Shown here: positions 40,504 through 50,392 of the stretch, piece by piece | Numbering within the stretch: the first letter of the stretch is position 1 | How the letters are laid out: the number at the start of each line of letters is the position of its first letter | Assembly (NCBI GenBank): GCA_036677065.1 | Contig: JAKFBS010000002.1 | Coordinates: 96,001-160,000 of the forward strand | Direction of reading: 5' to 3' | Source of the DNA: Bdellovibrio sp. | GTDB taxonomy: Bacteria; Bdellovibrionota; Bdellovibrionia; Bdellovibrionales; Bdellovibrionaceae | DNA: 64,000 nt | Notes under the pieces: model-generated | The model's database searches: none | Told to the model about the DNA's origin: nothing | The model's input: only the letters and a program-made list of their open reading frames with translations | Made by a program: the position numbers and the translations under genes

Positions 40504-41544
40504 TTAAACCTGCAGTTGAATTTTTTCTAATAGATCTGGATCTGATAAAACCATTTCGCCACCCACAGCAATTGCTGTTAATGGGTTTTCAGCCACGCGC
40601 ACCGGAATGCGGACTTCGGCTTCGATTTTATTAGCTAATTCTTTAATTAAGGCGCCACCGCCGGCAAGCGTGATTCCAGTTTCGATAACATCTGAAACTA
40701 ATTCTGGCGGCGTTTTTTCTAAAGCATTCAAAATTCCATGAATAATTAATTGAATCGAATCAGATAAAGCATTGCCGATATCTTCTGAAGTGATTGTTTC
40801 AGTGCGCATAAAGCCTGAATCTAAATCACGGGCTTCGATTTCAAGTTTTTGAATATTCTTTTTTGGCAATGCAGTGCCAAGACTAACTTTTAGAAATTCA
40901 GCTTGTTGATCTGAAACCACTAATTTTTTAGTGTCTTTTAAATAACGAATCACATCTTCATCAAACTTGTGTCCACCTAAACGAAGGGGTTCGCAATAAA
41001 CGATATCAGCCAGTGCGATAACGGCGATTTCGGTAGATCCTCCGCCGATATCAATCACCATGTGACCGCGAGCTTCGCGCACGTTAATACCGGCGCCAAT
41101 CGCTGCAGCCATGGGTTCATCGATTAATAAAGTTTTCGAGGCTCCCGCAGAACGACACGCTTCAACGATGGCTTTTTTCTCAACCTCAGTTACGCCGTAG
41201 GGAAGTGAAACTACAACCTTTGGGCGTTGTTTTCCAGAAATCTTGATCGCCTTCATTAAAAAATGACGAAGCATCACGCGAGCCGCATCGAAATCTGCGA
41301 TCACGCCGTCTTTAACGGGTTTTATGACCACAATGTGGCCGGGATTTTTTTTAAGAATTTCTAAACCTTCAAGACCGATCCCTAAAATTTTTCTTTTTTT
41401 CGGGTCGATACTAGAAACCATAACTTGGCTTGGTTCATTTAAAACCATGCCTTTGTTCTGGATTGAAATCAGCGTATTGGCTGTTCCTAAATCAACATAG
41501 ATGTCTGCGCCTGCTGTAGTGGAACCAAATAACCATTCTAACAT
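40504..41544 (-). CDS. mreB: Rod shape-determining actin homologue (stand-alone MreB paralogue)
   Basis: DLGTANT, GVIADF, EPMAAAIG, DIGGGSTE, LAGGGAL; no mreC/mreD adjacent. Confidence 0.92.
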   Translation of the reverse strand: MLEWLFGSTTAGADIYVDLGTANTLISIQNKGMVLNEPSQVMVSSIDPKKRKILGIGLEGLEILKKNPGHIVVIKPVKDGVIADFDAARVMLRHFLMKAIKISGKQRPKVVVSLPYGVTEVEKKAIVEACRSAGASKTLLIDEPMAAAIGAGINVREARGHMVIDIGGGSTEIAVIALADIVYCEPLRLGGHKFDEDVIRYLKDTKKLVVSDQQAEFLKVSLGTALPKKNIQKLEIEARDLDSGFMRTETITSEDIGNALSDSIQLIIHGILNALEKTPPELVSDVIETGITLAGGGALIKELANKIEAEVRIPVRVAENPLTAIAVGGEMVLSDPDLLEKIQLQV

Positions 41545-41569
41545 ATTTTTATACCTATAAACCTACGGT

Positions 41570-42208
41570 TTAATACTTCTTATACCCAGTGTTGGCTTCA
41601 AATGGAAAACTGAAATACACGGATACACTTGAAAGTGCGTTGTCTAAATTTAAATTGAATTCGCCACCAATGTGTTTGTCTTCTGTTGGAAACCATTCAG
41701 CACCCACCGTGAATTGTGCGGCGGTGTAGGTTTTATGTTTGCCCGAAAGCCAAGTGATCGGAAGAGCAGCGTACGGAATCATATTGCCATAACGAGTGTC
41801 GGCTTTTTTTGAAAAAAGTGGAGTTAATTGAACACCTGTGTAGTTATGATCTTCATCGCGAACAAAAATGACTCCGGCACGTCCACCCATTGCAGGTTGT
41901 TTATCAACATCTGGAAACGGAACCCATTTTACTGAAGCTTGTGTCCAGAAATCGGTTTCGCCACCACCAGCCGTGATGCGACCATCAAGATCATCATCAA
42001 GATGAGCATCAGCAAAAAATCCAGCATTAAAGCCGCCGCCATCAGAGACGATCAATTGCGGTGCAACACCCAAACGGTAGTAGTTCTCGGGTAAAATCTC
42101 GGCGGTCTCGTTTACGGTTAAGAAAGCGTGGCTATAGCGCGAAAGCATGAATGCCGTAGCGAAAATAGAAATGATCTGGATCCATTTGAAGAATTTGTTT
42201 TTTGTCAT
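41570..42208 (-). CDS. Hypothetical exported, probably beta-barrel, protein
   Basis: Signal peptide (SHA), amphipathic beta-strand pattern. Confidence 0.6.
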   Translation of the reverse strand: MTKNKFFKWIQIISIFATAFMLSRYSHAFLTVNETAEILPENYYRLGVAPQLIVSDGGGFNAGFFADAHLDDDLDGRITAGGGETDFWTQASVKWVPFPDVDKQPAMGGRAGVIFVRDEDHNYTGVQLTPLFSKKADTRYGNMIPYAALPITWLSGKHKTYTAAQFTVGAEWFPTEDKHIGGEFNLNLDNALSSVSVYFSFPFEANTGYKKY

Positions 42209-42314
42209 AAATTCTATGGTAACCAGCAGGACTTTAGGTTGGCAAGCGTTACACTGCAGTTAACCCGCAAAGCTACACTTTGACAATGCTAAGAAAAAAC
42301 GATGACATGAACCA

Positions 42315-43076
42315 GTGCCTATTTCAGCTGTGATTATCTGCAAAAATGAAGAAGCCAATATCGAGCGGTGTTTAAAATCCCTTGCTTGGGTTGATGAAGT
42401 TATCGTTTATGACTCGGGGTCTACAGATAACACTGTTAACATTGCGCAGAAAATGGGCGCAAAAGTTCATCAAGGAACATGGTTGGGTTTTGGCGCCACA
42501 AAGCATGAGGCCACAAAGCGTGCAACGCATGATTGGATACTGTCTTTAGATTCTGATGAAGAAGTGCCCAGTAAATTAAAACAAGAAATTCAAGAAAAGT
42601 TAAGTGCACTTGATCCTGATTATATCTATAAAATCCCGCGGTTATCGTATTATCTTGGAAGTTGGATTAAGTATGGTGGTTGGTATCCTGATTTTCAAAT
42701 CAGACTATTCAATCGTAAAACTCATCAATGGAATCAAGCCGAAATTCATGAGCGTGTTGAGCCTATATCAGGCGAACTTGAACATATCGCGCAGTTAGAT
42801 AATCATTTGCACCATTACGTCTTTAAAAACATCGAACATCAGGTGCAGACAAACAATCGTTATTCGACGCTGCAGGCACAAACTATGTTCGCTAACGGTA
42901 AAACATTTAGTTATTTTCATTTATTTACAAAACCTTACGTAAAATTCATCGAATGTTATTTTGTAAAGCTGGGGTTTTTAGACGGTTGGGCGGGGTATGT
43001 GATTGCCAGAAATGCCGCCTATTCAGCTTTGTTAAAATGGTTAAAACTTAAGGAATTATATGCGCACAAAAAATAA
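42315..43076 (+). CDS. GT2 LPS core glycosyltransferase (WaaE/KdtX-like)
   Basis: ISAVIICKNEE, DSGSTD, WILSLDSDE, GGWYPD, IHE, LGFLDG. Confidence 0.85.
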   Translation: MPISAVIICKNEEANIERCLKSLAWVDEVIVYDSGSTDNTVNIAQKMGAKVHQGTWLGFGATKHEATKRATHDWILSLDSDEEVPSKLKQEIQEKLSALDPDYIYKIPRLSYYLGSWIKYGGWYPDFQIRLFNRKTHQWNQAEIHERVEPISGELEHIAQLDNHLHHYVFKNIEHQVQTNNRYSTLQAQTMFANGKTFSYFHLFTKPYVKFIECYFVKLGFLDGWAGYVIARNAAYSALLKWLKLKELYAHKK

Positions 43077-43998
43077 CTTCTTAATGTTGTCGTTATTGTT
43101 TTTTTCTAAAGCAGTTATGGCCGAAGTGCCTGTGGTTAAGGGTTTTGTGGGCCGACCGTTAATTCAATTAGTCGATGGCCAGGTCAAAGTTGAACCTGTT
43201 AAAGGTAAACGAATTGAACAAAGTTTTACGGTAAAAACTTCGACCAATGAGCAAATTAAAATTGAATTGGGTAAAGATTTTTATTTAATCGTGTTTCCAG
43301 AATCTTCGCTTAAGGTCGAAGGTTTTTATGTGACTAAAAAAGATTATAAAATTAGAGCTGTGAATTTTGATTCAGGCCGTTTTTATCTAAAAAACGGTTC
43401 AAATATAGCTGATGATTTAACGGTGATTTATCAGTCTGATTTTTTTATCTGGAAAAACACAGAAAAAAACAACCAGCGCGAATTCTTTGTTGAGTTAAAT
43501 CCTGCGATTGCGCAAGTGCGTTTCTGTGCTGGTGCTCAGGGGATTTCAGCTTCTTTGTTCGATCATGAGACGGCCAAGAATTTGAAATATCAAGAAGGCG
43601 CATCGTTTCAAGGGGTTCTTAAGAACGGCGAATTGCAATTTGATCAGTTGTTAGAAGGTCGAAAAGTGCCAAAAGGTGAATGGAAAGATAAGTTCACTTG
43701 TGATTTTAAACAAATTTTAAAAGAAATGAATGATTTAGAAGCTTCTGAAGTCGCTAAAATCAAAAAGAACGAACAACAGCAAAAAGCCGCTGAGAAAAAA
43801 CGCAAAGCTGATTACGAAAAATCCCTCTGTCATGAGCCCAACGGGCAGTTCAACGAATGTTTGTGGAAGTGGGAAGGTAAACAATGCATTCGTTATCGCT
43901 GCGATGGCCAAGGTCAATGGAAAGATCGCTACCAATTGCCTAAAAATCACAGTTATCAATGTGAGACAAAACCTAAAGTTTTTAAGTGTGATTACTAA
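43060..43998 (+). CDS. Hypothetical exported protein (FecR-like N-terminus, Cys-rich C-terminus)
   Basis: Signal peptide, beta-rich domain, charged helix, six-Cys tail. Confidence 0.55.
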   Translation: MRTKNNFLMLSLLFFSKAVMAEVPVVKGFVGRPLIQLVDGQVKVEPVKGKRIEQSFTVKTSTNEQIKIELGKDFYLIVFPESSLKVEGFYVTKKDYKIRAVNFDSGRFYLKNGSNIADDLTVIYQSDFFIWKNTEKNNQREFFVELNPAIAQVRFCAGAQGISASLFDHETAKNLKYQEGASFQGVLKNGELQFDQLLEGRKVPKGEWKDKFTCDFKQILKEMNDLEASEVAKIKKNEQQQKAAEKKRKADYEKSLCHEPNGQFNECLWKWEGKQCIRYRCDGQGQWKDRYQLPKNHSYQCETKPKVFKCDY

Positions 43999-44097
43999 CA
44001 ACTGTTAGCACTTAACGTCACTGGGCGGTAAGTTGTTACCTTATTCGCTATGAGTAACGTCTCAAAGTGAAGCTAAAAACCATCAAAAAGCACCTGT

Positions 44098-44143
44098 TTT
44101 CAATAAGTTACCGAGATTTCGTAATTTCGGCACACGCCTTGTA
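44098..44143 (+). promoter_or_regulatory. Possible IHF site plus sigma54-like promoter
   Basis: tttcaataagtta (resembles WATCAA-N4-TTR) at 44098 and CGGCAC-N5-TTGTA at 44128; the -12 element deviates from TTGC. Confidence 0.35.
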
Positions 44144-44201
44144 TATACATTAAGTTAACAAGCACACCTGATTTAAGATGGCTCTTTAAGGAAGGTTTTT
44201 T

Positions 44202-45008
44202 ATGAAAACAGGAATTTTAAAAACAAACGCTCTCTTCTTATTAACTGCTACAGTATTATTTGCTGTAGGTTGTTCGAATTCAAATTCGAGTGATTCAGTT
44301 AATAACACATTACCAGTAATTAACGGTGCAGTCCCTTCACCAATAATTATTGATCCAACAGCGCCAACAACACCAGGAACTACAACTCCTGTTTTTAGCG
44401 GTGGATCACAAGTTGCGTTTGTACCTGTAAATCTGGCGCAAATGAATAAGTATGTTGCGACTCATCCATTAAATAATCCCAGTGATTTTAAAATTAGCGT
44501 AAACTTAGCTTCTGTTGGCTCAGGCCGCTACGGTGGAACAGTAGCTATTTCTTACTTAGACAATAACATTCGTTATAACGGTGAATTTAAATCTGGAATG
44601 GGTGCCAACCAATCATTTAAAGGTATGTACGATAACGGCAAATTAGAATCAGAATTCAACTACTGGTTTAACTATAACGGTAAATTAGTATTTACAGCTT
44701 ATTTCGAAGATCAATACGGCGCGATCACGATCACTTTAGAACCAACAACTACGACTTCTGGTGGTAATGATGCTGAGCCGGTACTTTCTGGTCCATATAA
44801 AGGCACAGTCTACTTTAAAAACTTTACGACTACTTTTGCGCAACATTCACCATACCGCGCTTGTTGGCACACCTACATGGGCCCATATGACTGTCGTTCA
44901 AATGTGATCAGTACAAAATGTGGATTATACCCAGGGGCTGAAGCTGGTTACGAGAAGTTAGGAACTTTCTCTGGCCTTGATGTTAAAAAAGCATTCGCTA
45001 TCGACTAA
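44202..45008 (+). CDS. Hypothetical lipoprotein
   Basis: Lipobox AVG-C, Pro/Thr linker, beta-rich domain. Confidence 0.75.
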   Translation: MKTGILKTNALFLLTATVLFAVGCSNSNSSDSVNNTLPVINGAVPSPIIIDPTAPTTPGTTTPVFSGGSQVAFVPVNLAQMNKYVATHPLNNPSDFKISVNLASVGSGRYGGTVAISYLDNNIRYNGEFKSGMGANQSFKGMYDNGKLESEFNYWFNYNGKLVFTAYFEDQYGAITITLEPTTTTSGGNDAEPVLSGPYKGTVYFKNFTTTFAQHSPYRACWHTYMGPYDCRSNVISTKCGLYPGAEAGYEKLGTFSGLDVKKAFAID

Positions 45009-45036
45009 TAAAATATTAACGAAGAGTAGGTAAACA

Positions 45037-45642
45037 ATGAAAACTCTAAGTCAAATTATCTCAATCATCACAGTAACAATGGCTGCCGCTTACATGGTAG
45101 CTTGTGATCAGAAAAACAAAAACTCTCAAGCTACAGCATTACCGGTTTACCAAAACTGTGTAAACTGCGGCGGAGTGATCAGCGGCTCTGAATTCTTTCG
45201 CTCAGAATCTAAGAACTACGATCAAACCGTCTTATTAAATTTAAGTTTCGTAGGCTCTACAAACGTAGCAACGCCTTATTACGGAAACTTAAACTACGGA
45301 TCACCAGTGATTAATTATATCGGGCCAGTGGCTGTGACGGGAATTTTAAATATCAACATGGGTACTCATGCTGGTGGATGTTTAATCCAACCAGGCCAAT
45401 ACACTTTATCAACATTACAAGCGGGTACATGGTCAAATGCCATTGTGCAAAATTTAAGAGTTCAAGCTTACGGTCCATCGAACATGATTATTTCTATCCC
45501 GTTGGCTCAGGTTTCAGCAAAACGCTATGACCAAATGGGTAGATTGTGGTCTGAAATTCCGCAAGTGGGTCGTATTTTTGGTAACGTGATCATCGAAAAT
45601 GTGAACGGATACCGTTGTTACACTGACATTCTAGTCGATTAG
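45037..45642 (+). CDS. Hypothetical lipoprotein
   Basis: Lipobox MVA-C, CxxC near N-terminus. Confidence 0.72.
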   Translation: MKTLSQIISIITVTMAAAYMVACDQKNKNSQATALPVYQNCVNCGGVISGSEFFRSESKNYDQTVLLNLSFVGSTNVATPYYGNLNYGSPVINYIGPVAVTGILNINMGTHAGGCLIQPGQYTLSTLQAGTWSNAIVQNLRVQAYGPSNMIISIPLAQVSAKRYDQMGRLWSEIPQVGRIFGNVIIENVNGYRCYTDILVD

Positions 45643-45703
45643 TTAAAGTAGTTTCTTAAGATTTAAGATCAGCAAAGATTTAAGTTAAATAAAATAATAA
45701 ATT

Positions 45704-45748
45704 AAAGGGCGATTTTGTGAGGAGCCATCTCACGAAGTCGCCTTTTTT
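45704..45748 (+). terminator. Intrinsic terminator
   Basis: aaagggcgattttgtgag...ctcacgaagtcgcctttttt hairpin followed by a T-run. Confidence 0.8.
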
Positions 45749-45790
45749 ATTTTCTTGCTTAATTTCTAAATCAGGTTTGAAATTGTATAT

Positions 45791-46678
45791 ATGAGTTTAT
45801 TACCTCTTTGGATTGAGTTCTTCGATGATTTGCAACATGTAAGAGGGCGTTCACTAAATACCGTGATGGCCTACAGAAGAGATTTGGAATTATACCAAGC
45901 TTTTCAGACTAAAAGCAGACGTTTAATTGAGTTCTACGATTTCATGAAAGATGAAGGTTTATCAACCCGCTCGCAAGCGCGTGTGATTTCTTCGTTACGT
46001 ACTTATTTTAAATTTTGTGAAACTCGCGGAATCAAATCTGAAGAGTTACGTGAATTACGCCCACCAAAAGTAAAATCAACACTTCCTAAATCGATCACAT
46101 TTCAAGAATTTGAACGCTTATTTGCTTCATGCGAAGTGGCTGATCCAGCAAAAAAATACCGTAATCAATTAACGTTATTATTTTTATATGGTTTAGGTTG
46201 CAGAGTTTCTGAATTGATTTCTTTAAACTTAAACGATTTTTCAGCCACAGAACGTTGGGTGAAAGTTTTAGGTAAGGGCCGCAAAGAACGACTGATTCCT
46301 TTAACAGAGACTTTATTTGAAGCTTTAGATAAATATCTAAAACATTCTCGTCATTTATTAGCTTACGATGAATCAGGGCAAAACTCTTTATTACTTAATG
46401 ATCGTGGACACCGTCCGTCGCGCATTGATGTGTGGAGATGGTTAGCGTCTTGGTCGGTGAAAGCTGGCTTTGATACTCCGGTACATCCGCACAGATTCAG
46501 ACATGGTTGTGCTACTGCATTGTTAGAAGGCGGAGCAGATCTACGTTCAATCCAAATGTTGTTAGGCCACGCAAGTATTCAAACGACACAAGTTTACACG
46601 GCGGTTTCTACGGCTACGGCTGCAAAAGCTGTGGATGAACATCATCCGATGTCTAAAATGAAAGACGTGGCGATTTAA
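45791..46678 (+). CDS. xerD: Tyrosine recombinase XerD-like
   Basis: SLNTVMAYRRDL, GCRVSEL, GKGRKER, HRFRH, LLEGGADLRSIQMLLGH..TTQVY. Confidence 0.85.
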   Translation: MSLLPLWIEFFDDLQHVRGRSLNTVMAYRRDLELYQAFQTKSRRLIEFYDFMKDEGLSTRSQARVISSLRTYFKFCETRGIKSEELRELRPPKVKSTLPKSITFQEFERLFASCEVADPAKKYRNQLTLLFLYGLGCRVSELISLNLNDFSATERWVKVLGKGRKERLIPLTETLFEALDKYLKHSRHLLAYDESGQNSLLLNDRGHRPSRIDVWRWLASWSVKAGFDTPVHPHRFRHGCATALLEGGADLRSIQMLLGHASIQTTQVYTAVSTATAAKAVDEHHPMSKMKDVAI

Positions 46679-46691
46679 TTCGAACTAGCCG

Positions 46692-46714
46692 TTCGCTCCG
46701 GATTTCGGTTTACA
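46692..46714 (+). repeat. Half copy of the 39-bp palindrome family
   Basis: ttcgctccggatttcggtttaca is 21/23 identical to the reverse complement of 34601-34623. Confidence 0.65.
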
Positions 46715-46777
46715 AAAGTTCGTAGTCAAATTCTAGAGATAACTAATAAAGCCTAAGTTTTGCAAAACTTGGGCTTT

Positions 46778-48124
46778 ATGATTTTAAATACCCTGATTGA
46801 AAACCAAAACCGCCTTGTGCCTGCCGTTGTAGAAATTCAACTTATACCTGGAATTCCGCAGATTCATTTTTTGGGTTTGCCAGATAAGGTGATTAAAGAA
46901 AGTTTCTTTCGTATTAAAGCCGCACTTAAATCTTCTGGTTTTAAGTTTCCGATATCGCAACAGGTGATCGTGAATATTCGGCCTAGCTCATTAAAAAAAT
47001 CTTCAATGGGATTAGAATTAGCAGTAGCTCTTGGCATCCTGCATTTAACCGGACAAAAAGAATTAAGTGATCGGGCTCAACAGCATCTTATTTATGGCGA
47101 GCTTGATTTAGACGGGGGCGTACGTGAACCCGAAGATTTGATCTATTTTAAAAATGTGAACCAAGATTATGTCTTAACCGGACGGGCAAAAAAGCAGAGT
47201 TCTGAATATTCAAGGCTTGAGCATTTAAAAGAAGACGTTGAGCTCAATGAACATAGCCGCGTATTAAAAAAATCTTTAGTGCGACCATTAATAGGATTAA
47301 AAAATAAGTTTTCAACTGATGAAGCGGAGTTAATTTTTTTACTGGCGACTACGGGATTACATGCACTGGTTGCGGGGCAGTCAGGGGCTGGAAAATCTTT
47401 TTTAGCTAAAAATTTTATAACTTTTTATAAACCTAAAAATGAAGACTCACAAACTCCGCATGATTGGTATCCGGTTTTGGCACCTCATCATTCATTAACT
47501 CCGGCAGCATTTTTAGGCGGTGGTGCGCAACTTTACGAAGGTGAAATTGAAAAAGTTGAAAATGGGGTTTTGATTTTAGATGAGTTATTAGAATTTCATT
47601 CGCAAATTTTAGAATCTTTGCGCGAACCGATGACAGGTGAACCTTTGCGAATTGCGCGTGCTGGTCGGGTAAAAGAAATTAAACCTTCGTTTCAAGTGAT
47701 TGCTACAAGTAATTTTTGTCCGTGTGGAAAATGGGTTCCGGGTTTTGATTTAGATGGTTGTAGATTTTCTGCGGTAAAATGCAGAAGCCATTTAAATCGA
47801 TTATCGGGGCCCTTAGTAGACCGCTTCGGCTTAATCTATTTTCATAAACTGCGCAGACCAAAACGCGATATCACAGGCCATGAAATTTTAAAACGTATTG
47901 AAAAGTGGTGTGATTTAGCCGAGCTGAATCTGGTTAAAGTCGATCTGGACTTTATCGATTCGATCTACGGCGAACTTTCTGGTCGGCGTCAGCAAGCGTT
48001 AGCTAAGGTGGCTGAAATCTATGCTATCGAAGAAAAAGCCTCAGAAATAACGGTTAAACATTTAAAAAAGAGCGAATCTTGGACAATTTCTGGGTTTATG
48101 CAGTTAGAAAAAGGTATGGCTTAA
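46778..48124 (+). CDS. comM: YifB/ComM-like Mg-chelatase-family AAA+ ATPase (divergent)
   Basis: LGLPDKVIKES, NIRP..LELAVALG, GELDLDG, Walker A GQSGAGKS, APHHS, LDE, NFCPCG, LSGPLVDRF. Confidence 0.75.
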   Translation: MILNTLIENQNRLVPAVVEIQLIPGIPQIHFLGLPDKVIKESFFRIKAALKSSGFKFPISQQVIVNIRPSSLKKSSMGLELAVALGILHLTGQKELSDRAQQHLIYGELDLDGGVREPEDLIYFKNVNQDYVLTGRAKKQSSEYSRLEHLKEDVELNEHSRVLKKSLVRPLIGLKNKFSTDEAELIFLLATTGLHALVAGQSGAGKSFLAKNFITFYKPKNEDSQTPHDWYPVLAPHHSLTPAAFLGGGAQLYEGEIEKVENGVLILDELLEFHSQILESLREPMTGEPLRIARAGRVKEIKPSFQVIATSNFCPCGKWVPGFDLDGCRFSAVKCRSHLNRLSGPLVDRFGLIYFHKLRRPKRDITGHEILKRIEKWCDLAELNLVKVDLDFIDSIYGELSGRRQQALAKVAEIYAIEEKASEITVKHLKKSESWTISGFMQLEKGMA

Positions 48125-48132
48125 GGCATTTC

Positions 48133-48161
48133 TTGACAAAAATGCCGCCCAAATTTAACTT
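48133..48161 (+). promoter_or_regulatory. Sigma70 promoter of tRNA-Cys
   Basis: TTGACA-17bp-TAACTT. Confidence 0.6.
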
Positions 48162-48177
48162 GGAGCTTCCTTCGATT

Positions 48178-48251
48178 GGTGACGTGGCCGAGGGGTTAGG
48201 CACGGCTCTGCAAAAGCTGTTACGGGGGTTCAAGTCCCTCCGTCACCTCCA
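48178..48251 (+). tRNA. tRNA-Cys (GCA)
   Basis: Acceptor GGTGACG/CGTCACC, anticodon arm CGGCT-CTGCAAA-AGCTG, GGTTCAAGTCC T-arm, discriminator T and encoded CCA. Confidence 0.96.
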
Positions 48252-48365
48252 AAATTCGCTAGTAATATTAGTGACGTACGGACAATCAATTTCACAGAGT
48301 GGATACAAAATCCCTGATTTATGGTTACAAGCTAACTCCTTTCAGTTTGCCTCAGGAAGGCCAAC

Positions 48366-48476
48366 ATGAAGCGGAAGTTAAATCATTTCAATTTTTTCCT
48401 CAGATTACCGTCATTTCCAATGCTTATTCAAATTGCGAACACATTAGAAGTCGATATTTCTGATTTAGTTAAATGA
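48366..48476 (+). pseudogene. Remnant resembling the C-terminus of an XRE-family HTH regulator
   Basis: 36-aa ORF ending PSFPMLIQIANTLEVDISDLVK; lacks the HTH helices. Confidence 0.45.
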
Positions 48477-48562
48477 AATATTATAGTCTAGAGACTCTGG
48501 TTTAATATTGTTTTAAAAATAAAAATCTATTTATAATAACCAAAATCAAAATAGAGGTTCTT

Positions 48563-48961
48563 ATGACAGATTTAGGTCCTATTGAAAAAAGTGTATTAAG
48601 TAAAGTTAAAGTATTTCCGGCGTGGGATGGGTACTCTGATCTCGAAAATAAAGCATCCGAATATGACGCTCATGTAAGTTTTGGAGACAAATATGTGTAT
48701 TCCGTAGCCAAGATGAGAGATTCACTTCAGACATTGAGTCATTACCAACATACTGATAGAGATTTGCTATCTTCAGCGAAAAATCAGGTTTTAGAATTAG
48801 TAAAAGATATTAATTCTGAGCTAGGTAAAATGATTGAGCTAAATAAAGGAAATGTTACTGAGCTTATGCAGGATAGATTTGTTATGGCTTATACTCAAAA
48901 AAACAAAGCTAAATTAGTTATTACCGTCCCAGATATGTGGTTTCCGATTAGTGAAAATTAG
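48563..48961 (+). CDS. Hypothetical protein
   Basis: 132-aa ORF with GAGG RBS. Confidence 0.65.
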   Translation: MTDLGPIEKSVLSKVKVFPAWDGYSDLENKASEYDAHVSFGDKYVYSVAKMRDSLQTLSHYQHTDRDLLSSAKNQVLELVKDINSELGKMIELNKGNVTELMQDRFVMAYTQKNKAKLVITVPDMWFPISEN

Positions 48962-49025
48962 ACTTACGTGCTCTTTAAGGTTCTAAGTAAATACCAAATG
49001 CCGCATACTATAAAATGGAGAAAAT

Positions 49026-49241
49026 ATGGCGCAATCAAAAACATCAGTAATTGTTCTAAGTTTGCTAATTCAGACCTTAAAAAAAGACGAAGAAATGATA
49101 GAAGTCTTAGGGAACATTGAAGCTATACTAAAGCATTCTGGAATGGACACTGAGATTTTGGAAATCAAAGAACTAATAGAATCTCTAAAAAAAGATACTG
49201 TTGTTCGTAACACACGATTAAGTCCGTTTGGTGTGAAGTAA
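49026..49241 (+). CDS. Hypothetical small protein
   Basis: 71-aa ORF with GGAG RBS. Confidence 0.55.
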   Translation: MAQSKTSVIVLSLLIQTLKKDEEMIEVLGNIEAILKHSGMDTEILEIKELIESLKKDTVVRNTRLSPFGVK

Positions 49242-49256
49242 GATACCTGTATTAAT

Positions 49257-49691
49257 ATGAAAAAAGGCACTAATGTTCTTCTTGCAATTAGTTTAACCCT
49301 CAATGGCTTGTTGTTATATTTTATAAAAAATGAAACGACAGTCTTTTTTAACGACAGTCATTTTTGGTCAGATTGGTCGATGGAGACTAGCGGAATTACA
49401 ATATTTAATGACAAAGAATTACAGCCTGATGTGACTAAATTTGTTCAGCATTATGAATTTAGCTGTTTAGAAAAATCTTGTGTCGTTGTGGAGTCGACGT
49501 TGTCAGGAAATAGTATTGTTAATTTTGTAAGGTGGCCTGATATAGTTAGTCTTAACTATTCGAGCAAAGAAGCCGTATTTAAGTACAATGGTTGTCAATT
49601 CTCAGTTTCTAAGGACTCTACTACCTTTATTTGCCCGGGAAACAAAATAGGTACTTTAGGAAGTCATATTAATTTATTTCACAGTCGTTAA
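49257..49691 (+). CDS. Hypothetical membrane-anchored/exported protein
   Basis: N-terminal hydrophobic segment, four Cys. Confidence 0.6.
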   Translation: MKKGTNVLLAISLTLNGLLLYFIKNETTVFFNDSHFWSDWSMETSGITIFNDKELQPDVTKFVQHYEFSCLEKSCVVVESTLSGNSIVNFVRWPDIVSLNYSSKEAVFKYNGCQFSVSKDSTTFICPGNKIGTLGSHINLFHSR

Positions 49692-49962
49692 GAAATTTTA
49701 GTTTTTGTATTACTAATAATTTCTTGTAATAAGTCGGTTGTTAGATTGTGTTTTTTTCTTTTACGAATTACTTGATAGAAGTTTCGTAAATAAATCATTT
49801 CATTATCACAACTGTTAAGGCGCAAAATCCGGCTGCTTATTTAAGTATGTATCCTGACGACGAAGCTTGGCAGGCTTGTATTTCAACTTTTGTGGATAGT
49901 TGGAAAAAAAACGATCCAGCAGGACATATATTGCCGCCAGGGCCTTGGAAAGGAAACTAGCT

Positions 49963-50355
49963 ATGAATGAAAACGCTACAAAAATAAAGTCTTTAGTAGG
50001 TCAAACTTTTAATAAACTTGAAAAAGAGTCAGATGCAAGTGGATACCTTTATTTATCAAATGGCGCAAAAATTTATATTTCTTATTGGAGATGCTATGCG
50101 TCCGAAAAGTCGAAATTTAGTAGTTTTGATGACAAACAAAAATATGGATTTGCTGTTCCCATGGATTCTTTAAATCTTTTAAAGGAAGCCATTTTAAATG
50201 TCGAAATTTCCTCAATTAAATTAACTGAATCGTTTTTTGATATTGAAATTAGACTTGTAAACAATGCTGTGCTTCAAGTTTTTAATTTCACAGGAAATGA
50301 AGTCTGGGAAGTAACTTTTAGCGATGGCACTACAATTTTATCAAACTACTTCTAA
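49963..50355 (+). CDS. Hypothetical protein (DUF6188-like)
   Basis: AGGA RBS, ATG 49963; WR..SSFD..QKYG..P.D and F..GNEVW pattern. Confidence 0.6.
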   Translation: MNENATKIKSLVGQTFNKLEKESDASGYLYLSNGAKIYISYWRCYASEKSKFSSFDDKQKYGFAVPMDSLNLLKEAILNVEISSIKLTESFFDIEIRLVNNAVLQVFNFTGNEVWEVTFSDGTTILSNYF

Positions 50356-50392
50356 TGCTTGTATATACTGGTTTTAAATATGGAAAATAGAT

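Noticed and set aside
45791..46678. Phage or integron integrase for the tRNA-Cys islet
   Set aside because: Size and motifs match housekeeping XerD, no IntI-specific insertion is evident, and it is separated from the tRNA by comM
48079..48369. 96-aa ORF in the ORF track
   Set aside because: Runs through the tRNA-Cys gene and its promoter; spurious
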